Below are positions 13,438 through 22,696 of a stretch of DNA of 41,633 nucleotides, piece after piece (position 1 is the stretch's first letter; each line of letters starts with the position of its first letter). Source of the DNA: Acidobacteriota bacterium (GTDB taxonomy: Bacteria > Acidobacteriota > UBA6911 > JACQSX01); NCBI GenBank assembly GCA_036507075.1, contig DASXQR010000213.1, forward strand, positions 1 to 41,633. Direction: 5' to 3'. The notes beneath the pieces are model-generated. The model did no database searches. It worked only from the letters and a program-made list of their open reading frames with translations, and had not been told where the DNA came from. Both the position numbers and the translations under genes were made by a program.

Positions 13438-13723
13438 AGTAGACCCACTTTGCTACATAGAAATTGTCTACGTCGAATCCGAATTGGAAGAATACGTCGC
13501 CCAACACGATTCGCGACCCGGTTAAAGGTGGGACCGTTACTTTCTTGGTAGGACTCGAATAGTTGTCCCAAACTTCCTGGTTATCCGAGTTGAGCGCATA
13601 CCACTCCTTACTCCCTATACAAGTATAGGTCCATGGTATCGTTGACGTGTTTATGCTGTAGATTCCACCGAACCAGTGTAGCTTGAACCCACCAGAAGGT
13701 TCTTGTTTTTTCCATTCTTTCAA
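13436..13723 (-). pseudogene. Low-GC orphan ORF, probably a 5'-truncated gene fragment
   Basis: 95 aa, aromatic-rich, about 46% GC by hand count; the TTG start lies within the adjacent repeat; no recognisable family. Confidence 0.4.
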
Positions 13724-13772
13724 ATGGGGACAGTCCCCTTTTCTTACCCAAATGGGGACAGTCCCCTTTTCT
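13721..13772. repeat. Tandem duplicate of a 24-bp palindromic unit CAAATGGGGACAGTCCCCTTTTCT
   Basis: Identical copies start at 13721 and 13749 (period 28); core GGGGAC-A-GTCCCC. Confidence 0.85.
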
Positions 13773-13776
13773 AACG

Positions 13777-14466
13777 CTATAGGTCGAGCTCTCTCCGATA
13801 GATCATTTTCTTTGGCTGAAATCCGGCCTTGAGATGCGAGCCGTTCGGCAGCACGGTAACGAATCGGACTTCACCGTCTGCGGCCGAGATGCTCGGTTGG
13901 CCGGCGGGGTCCATTCGAGGAAACATTAAGTAAATGACATCGGGCGAGGGGGACGAAGCCGTATCGAGCGGTATCCGTTCTTTACTCTTTCTCAGAAGAA
14001 AGGTGCTCTTCTTAAACAGTTTCTCTCCTGCCGGGCTTGGCTGCATTGGAGAATAGGCAAACGAGATCGTATTGAACAGCCTCAATTCGAGGATGTAATA
14101 CTGCGAGCGCCATTCGGCGGGAATAGTCTCGTTGAGGTATTGTGGCACAAACTGCGTCATTCTCAGCCTGGCGTCTTCGACGGCTCTTGCGGACCGCCAT
14201 CGCAGCAGGTAGCGAAGCTCCCGCGTCCAATCAAACGGCCCCGAGGTAGTTGGCGGCGGTCTTTCGCCCGTAATATTCTGAGCCTGCGCCGGTGAAAATG
14301 CGACTTCCCGGGTCCACGGAGAATCCCACAGAATTTTTCGAGCCTCTTCTCGTTTCCAATCTGTCCACGGCTTGGCATCCCAGAAATCTTTGCCAGCCAG
14401 AGTTTGGATAGCAATGACGGCGATCAAAAAAAGAAAGGAAGTTATCGCTGTTCTATTCCGCCCCAT
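13777..14466 (-). CDS. Putative secreted protein of unknown function
   Basis: Signal peptide, then FWDAKPWTDW..EARKILWDSPW, a pattern I associate with acidobacterial hypothetical proteins; ATG 14466 with AGGTGG upstream. Confidence 0.8.
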   Translation of the reverse strand: MGRNRTAITSFLFLIAVIAIQTLAGKDFWDAKPWTDWKREEARKILWDSPWTREVAFSPAQAQNITGERPPPTTSGPFDWTRELRYLLRWRSARAVEDARLRMTQFVPQYLNETIPAEWRSQYYILELRLFNTISFAYSPMQPSPAGEKLFKKSTFLLRKSKERIPLDTASSPSPDVIYLMFPRMDPAGQPSISAADGEVRFVTVLPNGSHLKAGFQPKKMIYRRELDL

Positions 14467-14673
14467 GGCCGCCACCTGTTAATGCTTAGAATCCATCAAG
14501 GCAACGCTTTTGAAATCAGTATATGCACGAAAACCCGGCCCAGCCAGGCCCGCCGTTGTCAATTCGTGGTACTTGAACGGCGGCGCAGTTCACAGTCGAG
14601 AACATCGAACTTGTGAATGTGGTCTGTTTGACCAGATTTTGCCGCTCTGGCACCCATCCGTACCGCGACCACA

Positions 14674-14740
14674 AGCCCGGATTATTCACAAACTGCAGGA
14701 ACCAGCCGCTGACTTACACGGACAACGCTGACGGTGTCGG
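14674..14740. repeat. Dispersed 67-bp repeat, copy 1
   Basis: 58/67 identical to 29965-30031. Confidence 0.85.
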
Positions 14741-14840
14741 CTACGCTGGCGAGTCGCTTCCTTGCGGTCGCCTTACTGATGGGTGCCGGGACCGGGGCGC
14801 ATCGACAGGCCGTAGCCGTGGTCGTATTACCGGACCTGGA

Positions 14841-16304
14841 TTACTCCTCCCTCAGCTTGAATCTTTGCACCTTTCCGTTGAAGGTGCGCGGCAGGTCGGT
14901 TACAAACCGATAGGAGCGCGGGATCATGTAGCCGCGAAGTTGGTGCTTCAAGTGCTGGCTCAACCGCAGATCCATTCCTTCGGTGATCTCGCCTTCTTTC
15001 AGCACGACGTAGGCCTGGGGCTTGATCAGGCCCTGTTCATCTCTTGCGCCCACAACGGCCGCTTCCTTTACAGCTTTGTGCGTGAGGAGCGCATTTTCCA
15101 CCTCACGCGGAATGACCCAGGAGCCGTCAACCTTGAAAAGGTCGTCTCCCCTGCCGGAGAAGTAGTAGTAGCCTTCGTCGTCAACGTAATACTTATCGCC
15201 GGTGAGCACCCACCTTCCCTGGAAGATCTCGCGCGTTCTTTCGCGATTGTGCCAATAACACATCGCGGCGCTTTCTCCACTCACCATCAGGTTGCCGATT
15301 TCATAAGGGGGAAGACGGTTGCCGAGATCGTTGACCACGCGCGCTTCATATCCGGGGACTTTTCGCCCGCTGCTGCCCGGCTTGCAGTTGCTGGGGCGAT
15401 TGGAGATGAAAATGTGCGTCATTTCCGTGGTCCCGATGCCGTCGATGATTTCGCGTCCCATCGTCTCTTTCCATTTCTTAAAGAGCTCAACGGGCAGATG
15501 CTCTCCGGCGGAAAGGCAAAGTCGCAGGGAATCCAGACGCAGCGGTTGCGGCTCGGAGAGCAGCCGCGAATAAAACGACGGAAAACTGAAGAATAGGGTC
15601 GGCTTGTGTTGTTCGAAAATGTGCCTGGCTATTTCCGCAGTGACCCTCTCCGGCTCCAGCACGACGCTCGCCCCGAAATAGATGGGAAAGGCAAGCGAAT
15701 TCCCCAGCCCGTAGGCGAAGAACATTTTGGCGGTGGAAAACAGTATATCGCCGGGTTGAAGCTGAAGAATTTCACGCGCGTAAGTCTCGCAGCTCACAAT
15801 CAGATCGTTTTGGCTGTGAACCACCGCTTTTGGCCTTCCGGTGCTGCCCGAGCTGTAAAGCCAGAAAGCAACATCATCGGCGACGGTTGTGACCTCACCA
15901 AAGTTGCTGCTCAAGTCCGGCGAGTCGAGCCGCTCAGTGTTCAGGCGCCGGCAGTTATCCGGTATTTGGACCTTGATATCGGGGTCGGTGATCGCAAAAC
16001 CGGCGCGGCTGTCATCGAAGTAGAAGCTGTACTCCTCCTGAGATGCCCAGGGATTCAACGGGATCGCGACTCCACCTGCCTGAACGACCGCCAGGAAAGC
16101 GATCACCAGTTCGGGTGAATCCTTCATAATCAGGATGACGCGCTGCTCTGGTTTCAATCCTTCACTGCGCAGCCAGTGGCTGGCTTGATTGATGCGCGAC
16201 CGGAGGTCGCCGTGGGTAAGCGCCTGTCCAGCGGCGACTATCGCCACCTGATCCCGGCGGTTCGGAGTGTTTCGAAAGAGGGCGTCTACCAAATTGAATT
16301 TCAT
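14841..16304 (-). CDS. Benzoate-CoA ligase family AMP-dependent acyl-CoA synthetase
   Basis: FWLYSSGSTGRPKAVVH, AKMFFAYGLGN, DGIGTTEMTHIFISN, TGD, GRGDD, LPRTFNGKVQR. Confidence 0.88.
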   Translation of the reverse strand: MKFNLVDALFRNTPNRRDQVAIVAAGQALTHGDLRSRINQASHWLRSEGLKPEQRVILIMKDSPELVIAFLAVVQAGGVAIPLNPWASQEEYSFYFDDSRAGFAITDPDIKVQIPDNCRRLNTERLDSPDLSSNFGEVTTVADDVAFWLYSSGSTGRPKAVVHSQNDLIVSCETYAREILQLQPGDILFSTAKMFFAYGLGNSLAFPIYFGASVVLEPERVTAEIARHIFEQHKPTLFFSFPSFYSRLLSEPQPLRLDSLRLCLSAGEHLPVELFKKWKETMGREIIDGIGTTEMTHIFISNRPSNCKPGSSGRKVPGYEARVVNDLGNRLPPYEIGNLMVSGESAAMCYWHNRERTREIFQGRWVLTGDKYYVDDEGYYYFSGRGDDLFKVDGSWVIPREVENALLTHKAVKEAAVVGARDEQGLIKPQAYVVLKEGEITEGMDLRLSQHLKHQLRGYMIPRSYRFVTDLPRTFNGKVQRFKLREE

Positions 16305-16375
16305 GGGCGACTGTCGAACTGGAGCCGAAAGGATATCAACTGATCATCCGGTCTGAAAGTCGAAAGTCGTTCGAC

Positions 16376-18247
16376 TTAGAGCTTCAGCCGGGACAGCGAA
16401 TGACCGGCCGAATCCCGGGCCAGCAGCACTACGTTGCGGGACAGAAAAGAACGGAATGTGGCAAGGTGATTTGGTTTCAGGCCCCATTTCGGGTCTGCCA
16501 GGAGCCCCTCGTTGAGCAGCAGGTGAGTAATGCCGTTCGTGCGGAAGAATTCGAGAACGTCTCTTTCACTGTTTGAGCTTTCCAGAAGCCGTACCAGGCG
16601 ATAATCCTCGAATATGAAATCTCCACGCCAGCGACAATCAAGATAGTAGCCGTAGTTCTTCATGTCGATCAGATAGACCTGGCCGCCGGTCCCGACCTGT
16701 TGATTCGCAGCCTGGTAGATGGAATAAACATCCAGATGTTGCGTCAGATACTGCTGTCGCGACTGCCTGCCCATCCAGAATGGAAGGGGCCGAAGTTCCC
16801 AGGTCTTTTGCACGCCCACGGCGGAGCTCACAAATGCAAATACCAGAACCGCGGCTGGAATCAAGCGTGATCGGATGCGCTGCAGCCCGCAAGCGAGCAG
16901 AAAACTGATCACCGGCAAAATGGGTATCAGAAATCTCACCTGCCGCGTCGTCAAAGTCCAGTAACTCAGGAAAAGCAGACAGAACAGCACCAGCCATCGA
17001 ATTTCCCGCCGGCTCATTATTTTCGGCAGCAGCAACGGTGTAAGCAGAAAGACGGGACCAACGACGCCCTCGTAGTAGCGGGTTTCGTCAAATCTTGCCC
17101 GGATGAAAACGAGCACCGGCGCAAGCAGTGTATCCCAGGCGCTTTCTCGTCCCAGGGTAGTGCCAAAGCTTGAGAGCCATCGCAAATAAAGCTGCGCCCG
17201 TTCCGGATCCCAGTTGATCCCCGCGTCAAGCCTGAACAGGCCGGCTTGGAAAGGAAACAGCGGCCAGCCAGTGAGCAGGAAATTACGGCCCAGGTAAGGA
17301 ATCAGTGCCGGAAGGGCCCCGGCCATCAGAACTGCGGCTGCCGCCGGCCATCCGGGTCGCCGGCTCATTCTATGTTCCAGCAGCACGATGAGGGCGAATA
17401 ACAAGAGAACCTGAAGTCCCGTGTATTTGGTTGCGCAGGCCCCTCCTGCCATTACTCCCGCTAAAACCATCCATTGCAGCCGGCCGCTCTTGAAGTACTC
17501 CAGCAGGGAAACAAGCGAGATGAAGACATAAAGACTGAAAAAAAGGTCGACATAAGCCCACGACAGAATTGCGACCACGGAGGGCACAGACAGAAAGAGT
17601 ACAACCGCGAGAGCTGAATACGCCCTGGTCAAGTACTCGCGGGAGAATCCGTAAAGGCCCAGAGCCACCAGGAATCCTGCCAGCGAGTGAAACAGCTTCG
17701 CGGCGGCTTCGCCGCTCAATCCCAGACCGAAAAGGAACAGCATTTCGCCAAGCTGGGGAAAATATGCATAGATGTTGTCTGCAAAACGGAGATTGCCCCG
17801 GGAATGAAGCAGAAGTTTGGGAATCGCGAGGTGATAAATGAGCTCATCGCGCACGGTCGCCGGCAGAAAAGCGCACAGAACAATCCAGATGACCAACGCA
17901 GCGGCGCCGCTCAAAATTATCCAGAAGCCGGCCGGGCTAACCCCTCGGGCTTGCTCGCGCAGTGTTTGCATCACCGCGGCGGCACGGGAGCGAGTGCGCC
18001 ATAGAGCAGCCAATGTGAACCCTGTGAGCGCTGCGAACAGCAGGGCAAGCGCTCCGGCAGTGGCCAGACGCAAAGCGGCCAGCGCGAAGATCAGATAAGA
18101 GAGAATGAGGAGTCCCAGGGCGCCATATGCGCTCCAGTTGAGCGCCGGATGAGCAAACCGCCACCGTTGTGAGGCACACCGGCGGCCTATCAATAGCACT
18201 GCGAAGGTGGTGACACCGACTTGTGCCAGAGTTCCAACGACATTCAC
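16376..18247 (-). CDS. Polytopic membrane glycosyltransferase, GT-C/ArnT-like
   Basis: Many TM helices, DELIYHLAIPK first-loop motif, YVD, ATKYTG, QVRFLIP; soluble C-terminal domain. Confidence 0.75.
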   Translation of the reverse strand: MNVVGTLAQVGVTTFAVLLIGRRCASQRWRFAHPALNWSAYGALGLLILSYLIFALAALRLATAGALALLFAALTGFTLAALWRTRSRAAAVMQTLREQARGVSPAGFWIILSGAAALVIWIVLCAFLPATVRDELIYHLAIPKLLLHSRGNLRFADNIYAYFPQLGEMLFLFGLGLSGEAAAKLFHSLAGFLVALGLYGFSREYLTRAYSALAVVLFLSVPSVVAILSWAYVDLFFSLYVFISLVSLLEYFKSGRLQWMVLAGVMAGGACATKYTGLQVLLLFALIVLLEHRMSRRPGWPAAAAVLMAGALPALIPYLGRNFLLTGWPLFPFQAGLFRLDAGINWDPERAQLYLRWLSSFGTTLGRESAWDTLLAPVLVFIRARFDETRYYEGVVGPVFLLTPLLLPKIMSRREIRWLVLFCLLFLSYWTLTTRQVRFLIPILPVISFLLACGLQRIRSRLIPAAVLVFAFVSSAVGVQKTWELRPLPFWMGRQSRQQYLTQHLDVYSIYQAANQQVGTGGQVYLIDMKNYGYYLDCRWRGDFIFEDYRLVRLLESSNSERDVLEFFRTNGITHLLLNEGLLADPKWGLKPNHLATFRSFLSRNVVLLARDSAGHSLSRLKL

Positions 18248-18284
18248 GCTAGGCAGCCAGATACAGAATAAACCCAGTATAAAT

Positions 18285-18316
18285 AAAAAAGGCTCCGGGG
18301 TAAGCCGGAGCCTTTT
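18285..18316. terminator. Intrinsic terminator after the pilin genes (bidirectional)
   Basis: AAAAAAGGCTCCGG-ggtaag-CCGGAGCCTTTT. Confidence 0.85.
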
Positions 18317-18338
18317 GATTGCCCGATTTGAGCATCAA

Positions 18339-18779
18339 CTACTTGCCCAGCGGTGTGCTGGCTGCAGTCGGAGCCGAACCGTCGGTGGTGTAGCGGATAA
18401 CAGCCGTGGCATCAGCGAAGAATCCGCGGGTGCCGGTCTTGCCGACAGTGATAGGAACTGCCGTGACGGTGAAGTCATCCGTGTTGCCTGCGCCCGTCGG
18501 CGTGTCAAACTTGTAGCCGTCTTTCTGACCAGCGCCCAGCACGTCGTCGATGAGCTGCTGACCTTTCAGATCAGCCAGGGCTCCGTATTTCCCCGCGCCC
18601 TTGGTTGAGTAGTACGTAATTTCGGCCGTAACAATATTACGAACGGAAGCAATAGCGCTGGCTTCGTTCGCGGCCGCTTTGGACTGCAATAGATTAGGAA
18701 CTGCAATAGCTGCGATGATACCGATAATCGCGACCACGATCAGCAGTTCGATAAGCGAAAAACCTTTTTGGTTCTTCAT
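18339..18779 (-). CDS. pilA: Type IVa prepilin, copy 2
   Basis: MKNQKG/FSLIELLIVVAIIGIIAAIAVP class III signal; GGAGG SD; 146 aa. Confidence 0.9.
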   Translation of the reverse strand: MKNQKGFSLIELLIVVAIIGIIAAIAVPNLLQSKAAANEASAIASVRNIVTAEITYYSTKGAGKYGALADLKGQQLIDDVLGAGQKDGYKFDTPTGAGNTDDFTVTAVPITVGKTGTRGFFADATAVIRYTTDGSAPTAASTPLGK

Positions 18780-18847
18780 TCCCGATCCTCCCCAGCTAAT
18801 CAAAGCTTCGATCCCCCAGAACTCGAACTCTTGCGATCACTGGTGCA

Positions 18848-18879
18848 TAAAAGTGATGCCGGCCCGAGAGCCGGCATCA
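18848..18879 (-). terminator. Hairpin between the two pilin genes (possible leaky terminator)
   Basis: TGATGCCGGC-6 nt loop-GCCGGCATCA, followed on the minus strand by CTTTTAT. Confidence 0.55.
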
Positions 18880-18905
18880 TGGGTTAAACTAAAGCTCCAC
18901 GAAAA

Positions 18906-19346
18906 CTACTTGCCAAGCGGAGTGCTGGCCGCGGTCGGAGCCGAACCGTCGGTGGTGTAGCGGATAACGGCCGTGGCATCAGCGAAGAATCCGCGGGTGC
19001 CGGTCTTGCCGACAGTGACGGGTACCCCAGTGACGGTGAAGTCATCCGTGTTGCCCGCGCCCGTCGGCGTGTCAAACTTGTAGCCGTCTTTCTGGCCAGC
19101 GCCCAACACGTCGTCAATCAGCTTCTGTCCTTTAAGATCGGCCAGGGCGCCGTACTTGCCTGCGCCTTTGGTGGAGTAGTAGGTGATTTCGGCGGTTACG
19201 ATGTTGCGAACTGAAGCGATCGCGCTGGCTTCATTGGCAGCTGCTTTGGACTGCAGCAAGTTCGGAACGGCAATAGCCGCGATGATGCCGATGATCGCCA
19301 CGACGATCAGCAGTTCGATCAATGAAAAGCCTTTTTGGTTCTTCAT
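18906..19346 (-). CDS. pilA: Type IVa prepilin, copy 1
   Basis: Same prepilin motif; GGGAGG SD; directly downstream of a sigma54 promoter. Confidence 0.92.
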   Translation of the reverse strand: MKNQKGFSLIELLIVVAIIGIIAAIAVPNLLQSKAAANEASAIASVRNIVTAEITYYSTKGAGKYGALADLKGQKLIDDVLGAGQKDGYKFDTPTGAGNTDDFTVTGVPVTVGKTGTRGFFADATAVIRYTTDGSAPTAASTPLGK

Positions 19347-19439
19347 GTTTAACCCTCCCAGGTTACATGTTAAATATCGCCGAGGGGCGTCATTTTGATG
19401 CCAATCTCGGCGAGACTGTTAATGGTCGGTTCTTGTATT

Positions 19440-19456
19440 AGCAATCGGCTGGCCAA
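19440..19456 (-). promoter_or_regulatory. sigma54 (-24/-12) promoter of pilA
   Basis: Minus strand TTGGC-CAGCCGA-TTGCT with correct GG-N10-GC spacing; AT-rich IHF-like segment at ~19486-19510. Confidence 0.8.
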
Positions 19457-19573
19457 AAATACCAACGTCAGTGCCCTAATAAGCTAAGTGTATATTTTAC
19501 AATAACTTAGGCTATTTATTCTCACTGCTCTTAAGGCTGATTGCGGTGGAAATCACTAATTTAGCGGGCTGGA

Positions 19574-19612
19574 TTGACGTAAATTGTTAATTCCATCTGA
19601 CGGGAATTGTCA
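19574..19612. promoter_or_regulatory. Candidate PilR enhancer sites
   Basis: Two TGAC-N7-GT(C/T)A palindromes (19575-19589 and 19598-19612), 120-160 bp upstream of the sigma54 site. Confidence 0.5.
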
Positions 19613-19614
19613 AA

Positions 19615-20991
19615 ATGCCAAGGATTCTGGTGCTGGACGATGAGGCAAGCATGCGGGCGGTCCTGCAGATCGGCCTCACGCGCGCGGGCTACCATGTGGA
19701 TACCGAGGAAGAGCCCGGCCGGGCTGTCGATCGCATTCGATCGGGTCTGTATGACCTTGTGATCAGTGATCTGAAGATGCCTTCTATGTCGGGGATCGAC
19801 GTACTGAAGCGCGTGCGCACAGAATCTCCCGACACTCAATTCATCTTTATAACTGCGTACGCCAGTTCGGAAAGCGCCATTGAAGCGCTCAAACTCGGGG
19901 CTTTCGACTACATCACCAAGCCATTTGATGTGGAAGAGCTCAAAGCCCTTGCGGCCAGCGCGCTGGAAAGCCGCGAAGTCCGTAACAAGGTTCTCCAGAT
20001 GAAGGAAGAACTCGGCGAGAGCGCGCATATGATGGGAATCAGCCCGCCGATGCTCAAGATCTACAAGCTCATCGGCACGGTTGCTTCCACCAACAGCACC
20101 ATCTTGATCACAGGGGAGAGCGGCACCGGAAAGGAGCTGGTGGCGCGCGCCATTCACGGAGCAAGCGAGAGAAAAGAGAAACCGTTTGTCTCGATCAACT
20201 GCGGAGCCTTCCCGGAGACGCTTCTGGAGAGCGAGCTTTTTGGCTACATGAAAGGATCTTTTACGGGCGCGGCAAAGGACAAAAAGGGCCTCTTTGAATC
20301 CGCCGAAGGCGGAACACTTCTCCTGGATGAGGTCGGTGAGATGAGCCTTGCAATGCAGGTGAAATTGCTGCGCGTCCTGCAGGAGAAGAAAATCCGCCGC
20401 GTTGGCGGGAACGAGGAAATTTCAGTCGATGTGCGGCTGATAGCCGCCACCAATCGCGACCTGCAGGAAAGAATCAAGCTGGGGCTTTTTCGGGAAGACC
20501 TTTATTATCGCATCGCAGTCATCCCCCTTCATATACCTCCTCTGCGGGAGCGTCCCCAGGACCTGGAGATCCTGGCAGATCATTTTCTGGCCCGTTATAA
20601 CCGGGCTATGGGGAAGAATATCTCCGGCGTGTCATCAGCGGCGCTCGAGATTCTCAGAGATTATCATTGGCCCGGCAACGTGCGCGAGCTGGAGAACACG
20701 ATGGAACGGGCTGTCGCTTTGGAAACGACGGAGAAAATTCAACCGGAGAGGCTCGGTTCGCTTACGAAAATACAGAAAGTCGACGCCCCTTCGTTACCGA
20801 CAGCCGGAATTGATCTGGAAGAACATCTGCGGACCGTGGAGACCGAGTTGATACTGGCCGCTCTAAAGCAAACCGGTTGGAATCAGTCGCGCGCCGCGCG
20901 GCTGCTCAATTTATCTTACCGCTCGCTGCGGCATCGGATTGAGACTCTGGGAATTCAGAAGCCGGGTGAATCACCGGAAGCGCCAGAATGA
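19615..20991 (+). CDS. pilR: sigma54-dependent response regulator, PilR-like
   Basis: Receiver domain, GESGTGKE Walker A, GSFTGA, WPGNVREL, Fis-type HTH; located between pilS and pilA. Confidence 0.85.
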   Translation: MPRILVLDDEASMRAVLQIGLTRAGYHVDTEEEPGRAVDRIRSGLYDLVISDLKMPSMSGIDVLKRVRTESPDTQFIFITAYASSESAIEALKLGAFDYITKPFDVEELKALAASALESREVRNKVLQMKEELGESAHMMGISPPMLKIYKLIGTVASTNSTILITGESGTGKELVARAIHGASERKEKPFVSINCGAFPETLLESELFGYMKGSFTGAAKDKKGLFESAEGGTLLLDEVGEMSLAMQVKLLRVLQEKKIRRVGGNEEISVDVRLIAATNRDLQERIKLGLFREDLYYRIAVIPLHIPPLRERPQDLEILADHFLARYNRAMGKNISGVSSAALEILRDYHWPGNVRELENTMERAVALETTEKIQPERLGSLTKIQKVDAPSLPTAGIDLEEHLRTVETELILAALKQTGWNQSRAARLLNLSYRSLRHRIETLGIQKPGESPEAPE

Positions 20992-22585
20992 TGGTTGTTC
21001 CCAATTTCTTGCGGGACCGCACCACAATCTTGCCGCGGTGGCGCTGCATAATCTGATACACGATCGCCATTCCCAATCCCACGCCGTTTGCAAAGCCGCT
21101 GGCAAAGGGCTGAAAGAGCTTTTCGCGCTCCTTGCGGGTCATTCCTACTCCGTTGTCCCGAAACGCAACCTTGACATAATTCTCGGAATGATAGGTGCGA
21201 ACCGTCAGCTCTCCGCCATCCGGCATCGCGCTGAAGGCGTTTGTAATCAGGTTCCAGAATACCTGCTTCATCTGGTCGGAATTGGCCAGACACAGTCTGG
21301 AGCCTTCAGGACGCGCCACGCGGATGTCGTAGTTTCGATATCTGGGATCGTTTCTAACCAGCTTTAATGTGTCATCCACCACATTTTCCAGTGCGACGGC
21401 GGCGAGCTTCAATCTTTTCGGTTTGGCGTAGGTCAGGAAGTCTTCGATGATTTGATTGAGGCGCGCCGACTCCTGCAGCACGATATCCAGAAGCTGGGAG
21501 CGATCACCGGTCGGCTCCAGGTCGGCTTTCAGCATCTGCACGCTCCCGGCGATCGAGCCCAGAGGATTGCGCAATTCGTGCGCAATGCCGGCCGCCAGGC
21601 TGCCGATAGCAGCCATCTTTGCTTTGAGCTGCACTTCTTCTTCCAGTTTCTTGATCTCGGTCAGATCCTGGAACGAAACGATGAAGCCGATCGCCTCCTC
21701 AGACTGGGATCGAAGAGGCGAAGCGGTAAACCCGAGAAATCGCCAGCGACCGGCCGCGTCGCGCACCCAGGTCTCCGCGCGCCGTTCCCGCCGAAACCGC
21801 GAAAAGTCGGTCGCCAGCAGCCGTCTTAGTCCGGCCTCCCCGATAATGGTGGAACACAACTCGCCGAACATGTCGTTTTTCGAGTAACCGGTAATCTCTT
21901 CGGCGGCCGGATTGAAGGAAGTAATCAGCCCTTTTAGATCCGTTGTGAGCAATCCGCTGCGGATGCTGTTGACGATGTTGCGGTGCAGCGCCTGCAGCTC
22001 TGCCAGGGAATCCTCTTTCCGCACCAGTTCGTACTTGACCGTTTGCAGCTCGGAAAGATACACGCCCAGGAAGCCCACGGCGGCGAAGCTGATCAGGTTG
22101 AGCGTTATCCGAAAGATAACTTCCTGCAGCGGCTGGTCGCTGATGGAAAACCGCACCCATCCCAGATAGCTTATGTTGACGATGCCCACAAAGGAAATCG
22201 TCGAAAGCAGGGAAGCGAACATTCCACCGCGTCGCTGGTCCAGGACGGACGAGTAAGTGATGACGAGCAGGTACAGGGGAATGAAGATACTGTTTAAGAC
22301 ACCGGACTTGTAGACCAGCAGCGTGACGAGGGCCAGGTCGCCCACCATTTGGAGATAAAACGCGATCCGCAGGTTGGGCAAAAAGCGCAGCGCCGCCAGG
22401 TGGAGCAGGGAAATCAGGTATACGATCACCCAGAAGCCGAACAGCGTTGAGGCGGGCTGCGTCTTGTAAAAGGACGCGAACGCCAGGACCGGGGTCAGGA
22501 CCATCACCCGGACGATAATGATGAGAAGCAGCCTGTTCCGAAGTTCCAGGCCCGGTTTGTTTGCTTTGTTCGGCACTTGAGGCAT
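20906..22585 (-). CDS. pilS: Membrane PAS sensor histidine kinase, PilS-like
   Basis: About six TM helices, PAS, HELRNPL H-box, N/G boxes; follows pilC. Confidence 0.85.
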   Translation of the reverse strand: MPQVPNKANKPGLELRNRLLLIIIVRVMVLTPVLAFASFYKTQPASTLFGFWVIVYLISLLHLAALRFLPNLRIAFYLQMVGDLALVTLLVYKSGVLNSIFIPLYLLVITYSSVLDQRRGGMFASLLSTISFVGIVNISYLGWVRFSISDQPLQEVIFRITLNLISFAAVGFLGVYLSELQTVKYELVRKEDSLAELQALHRNIVNSIRSGLLTTDLKGLITSFNPAAEEITGYSKNDMFGELCSTIIGEAGLRRLLATDFSRFRRERRAETWVRDAAGRWRFLGFTASPLRSQSEEAIGFIVSFQDLTEIKKLEEEVQLKAKMAAIGSLAAGIAHELRNPLGSIAGSVQMLKADLEPTGDRSQLLDIVLQESARLNQIIEDFLTYAKPKRLKLAAVALENVVDDTLKLVRNDPRYRNYDIRVARPEGSRLCLANSDQMKQVFWNLITNAFSAMPDGGELTVRTYHSENYVKVAFRDNGVGMTRKEREKLFQPFASGFANGVGLGMAIVYQIMQRHRGKIVVRSRKKLGTTIILALPVIHPASEFPESQSDAAASGKIN

Positions 22586-22696
22586 GGGGGTGCTCAGAGC
22601 GCGGTCTTAAGGCTCGCCGGCAAGATCCCCCGGGAGTTCAGACAGCCTGTGGAGCTGTCTGAATCCAGGGAGAAAATGCGTCGCCTGTCTCCGGCG

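Noticed and set aside
14613..15596. 327-aa plus-strand ORF
   Set aside because: Mostly antisense to the CoA ligase; the 5' part runs through a non-coding repeat.
18339..19346. Pilin duplication as an assembly artefact or DGR template/variable pair
   Set aside because: About 55 mostly synonymous differences, not adenine-specific; both copies have SDs; no reverse transcriptase in the window.
18906..19346. Conductive (e-) pilin
   Set aside because: Only about 10 aromatic residues in 140 aa, with a long aromatic-free stretch after Phe1.
20251..20271. GSFTGA instead of GAFTGA in the PilR-like protein
   Set aside because: A variant known from functional PilR-type activators; not evidence of inactivity.
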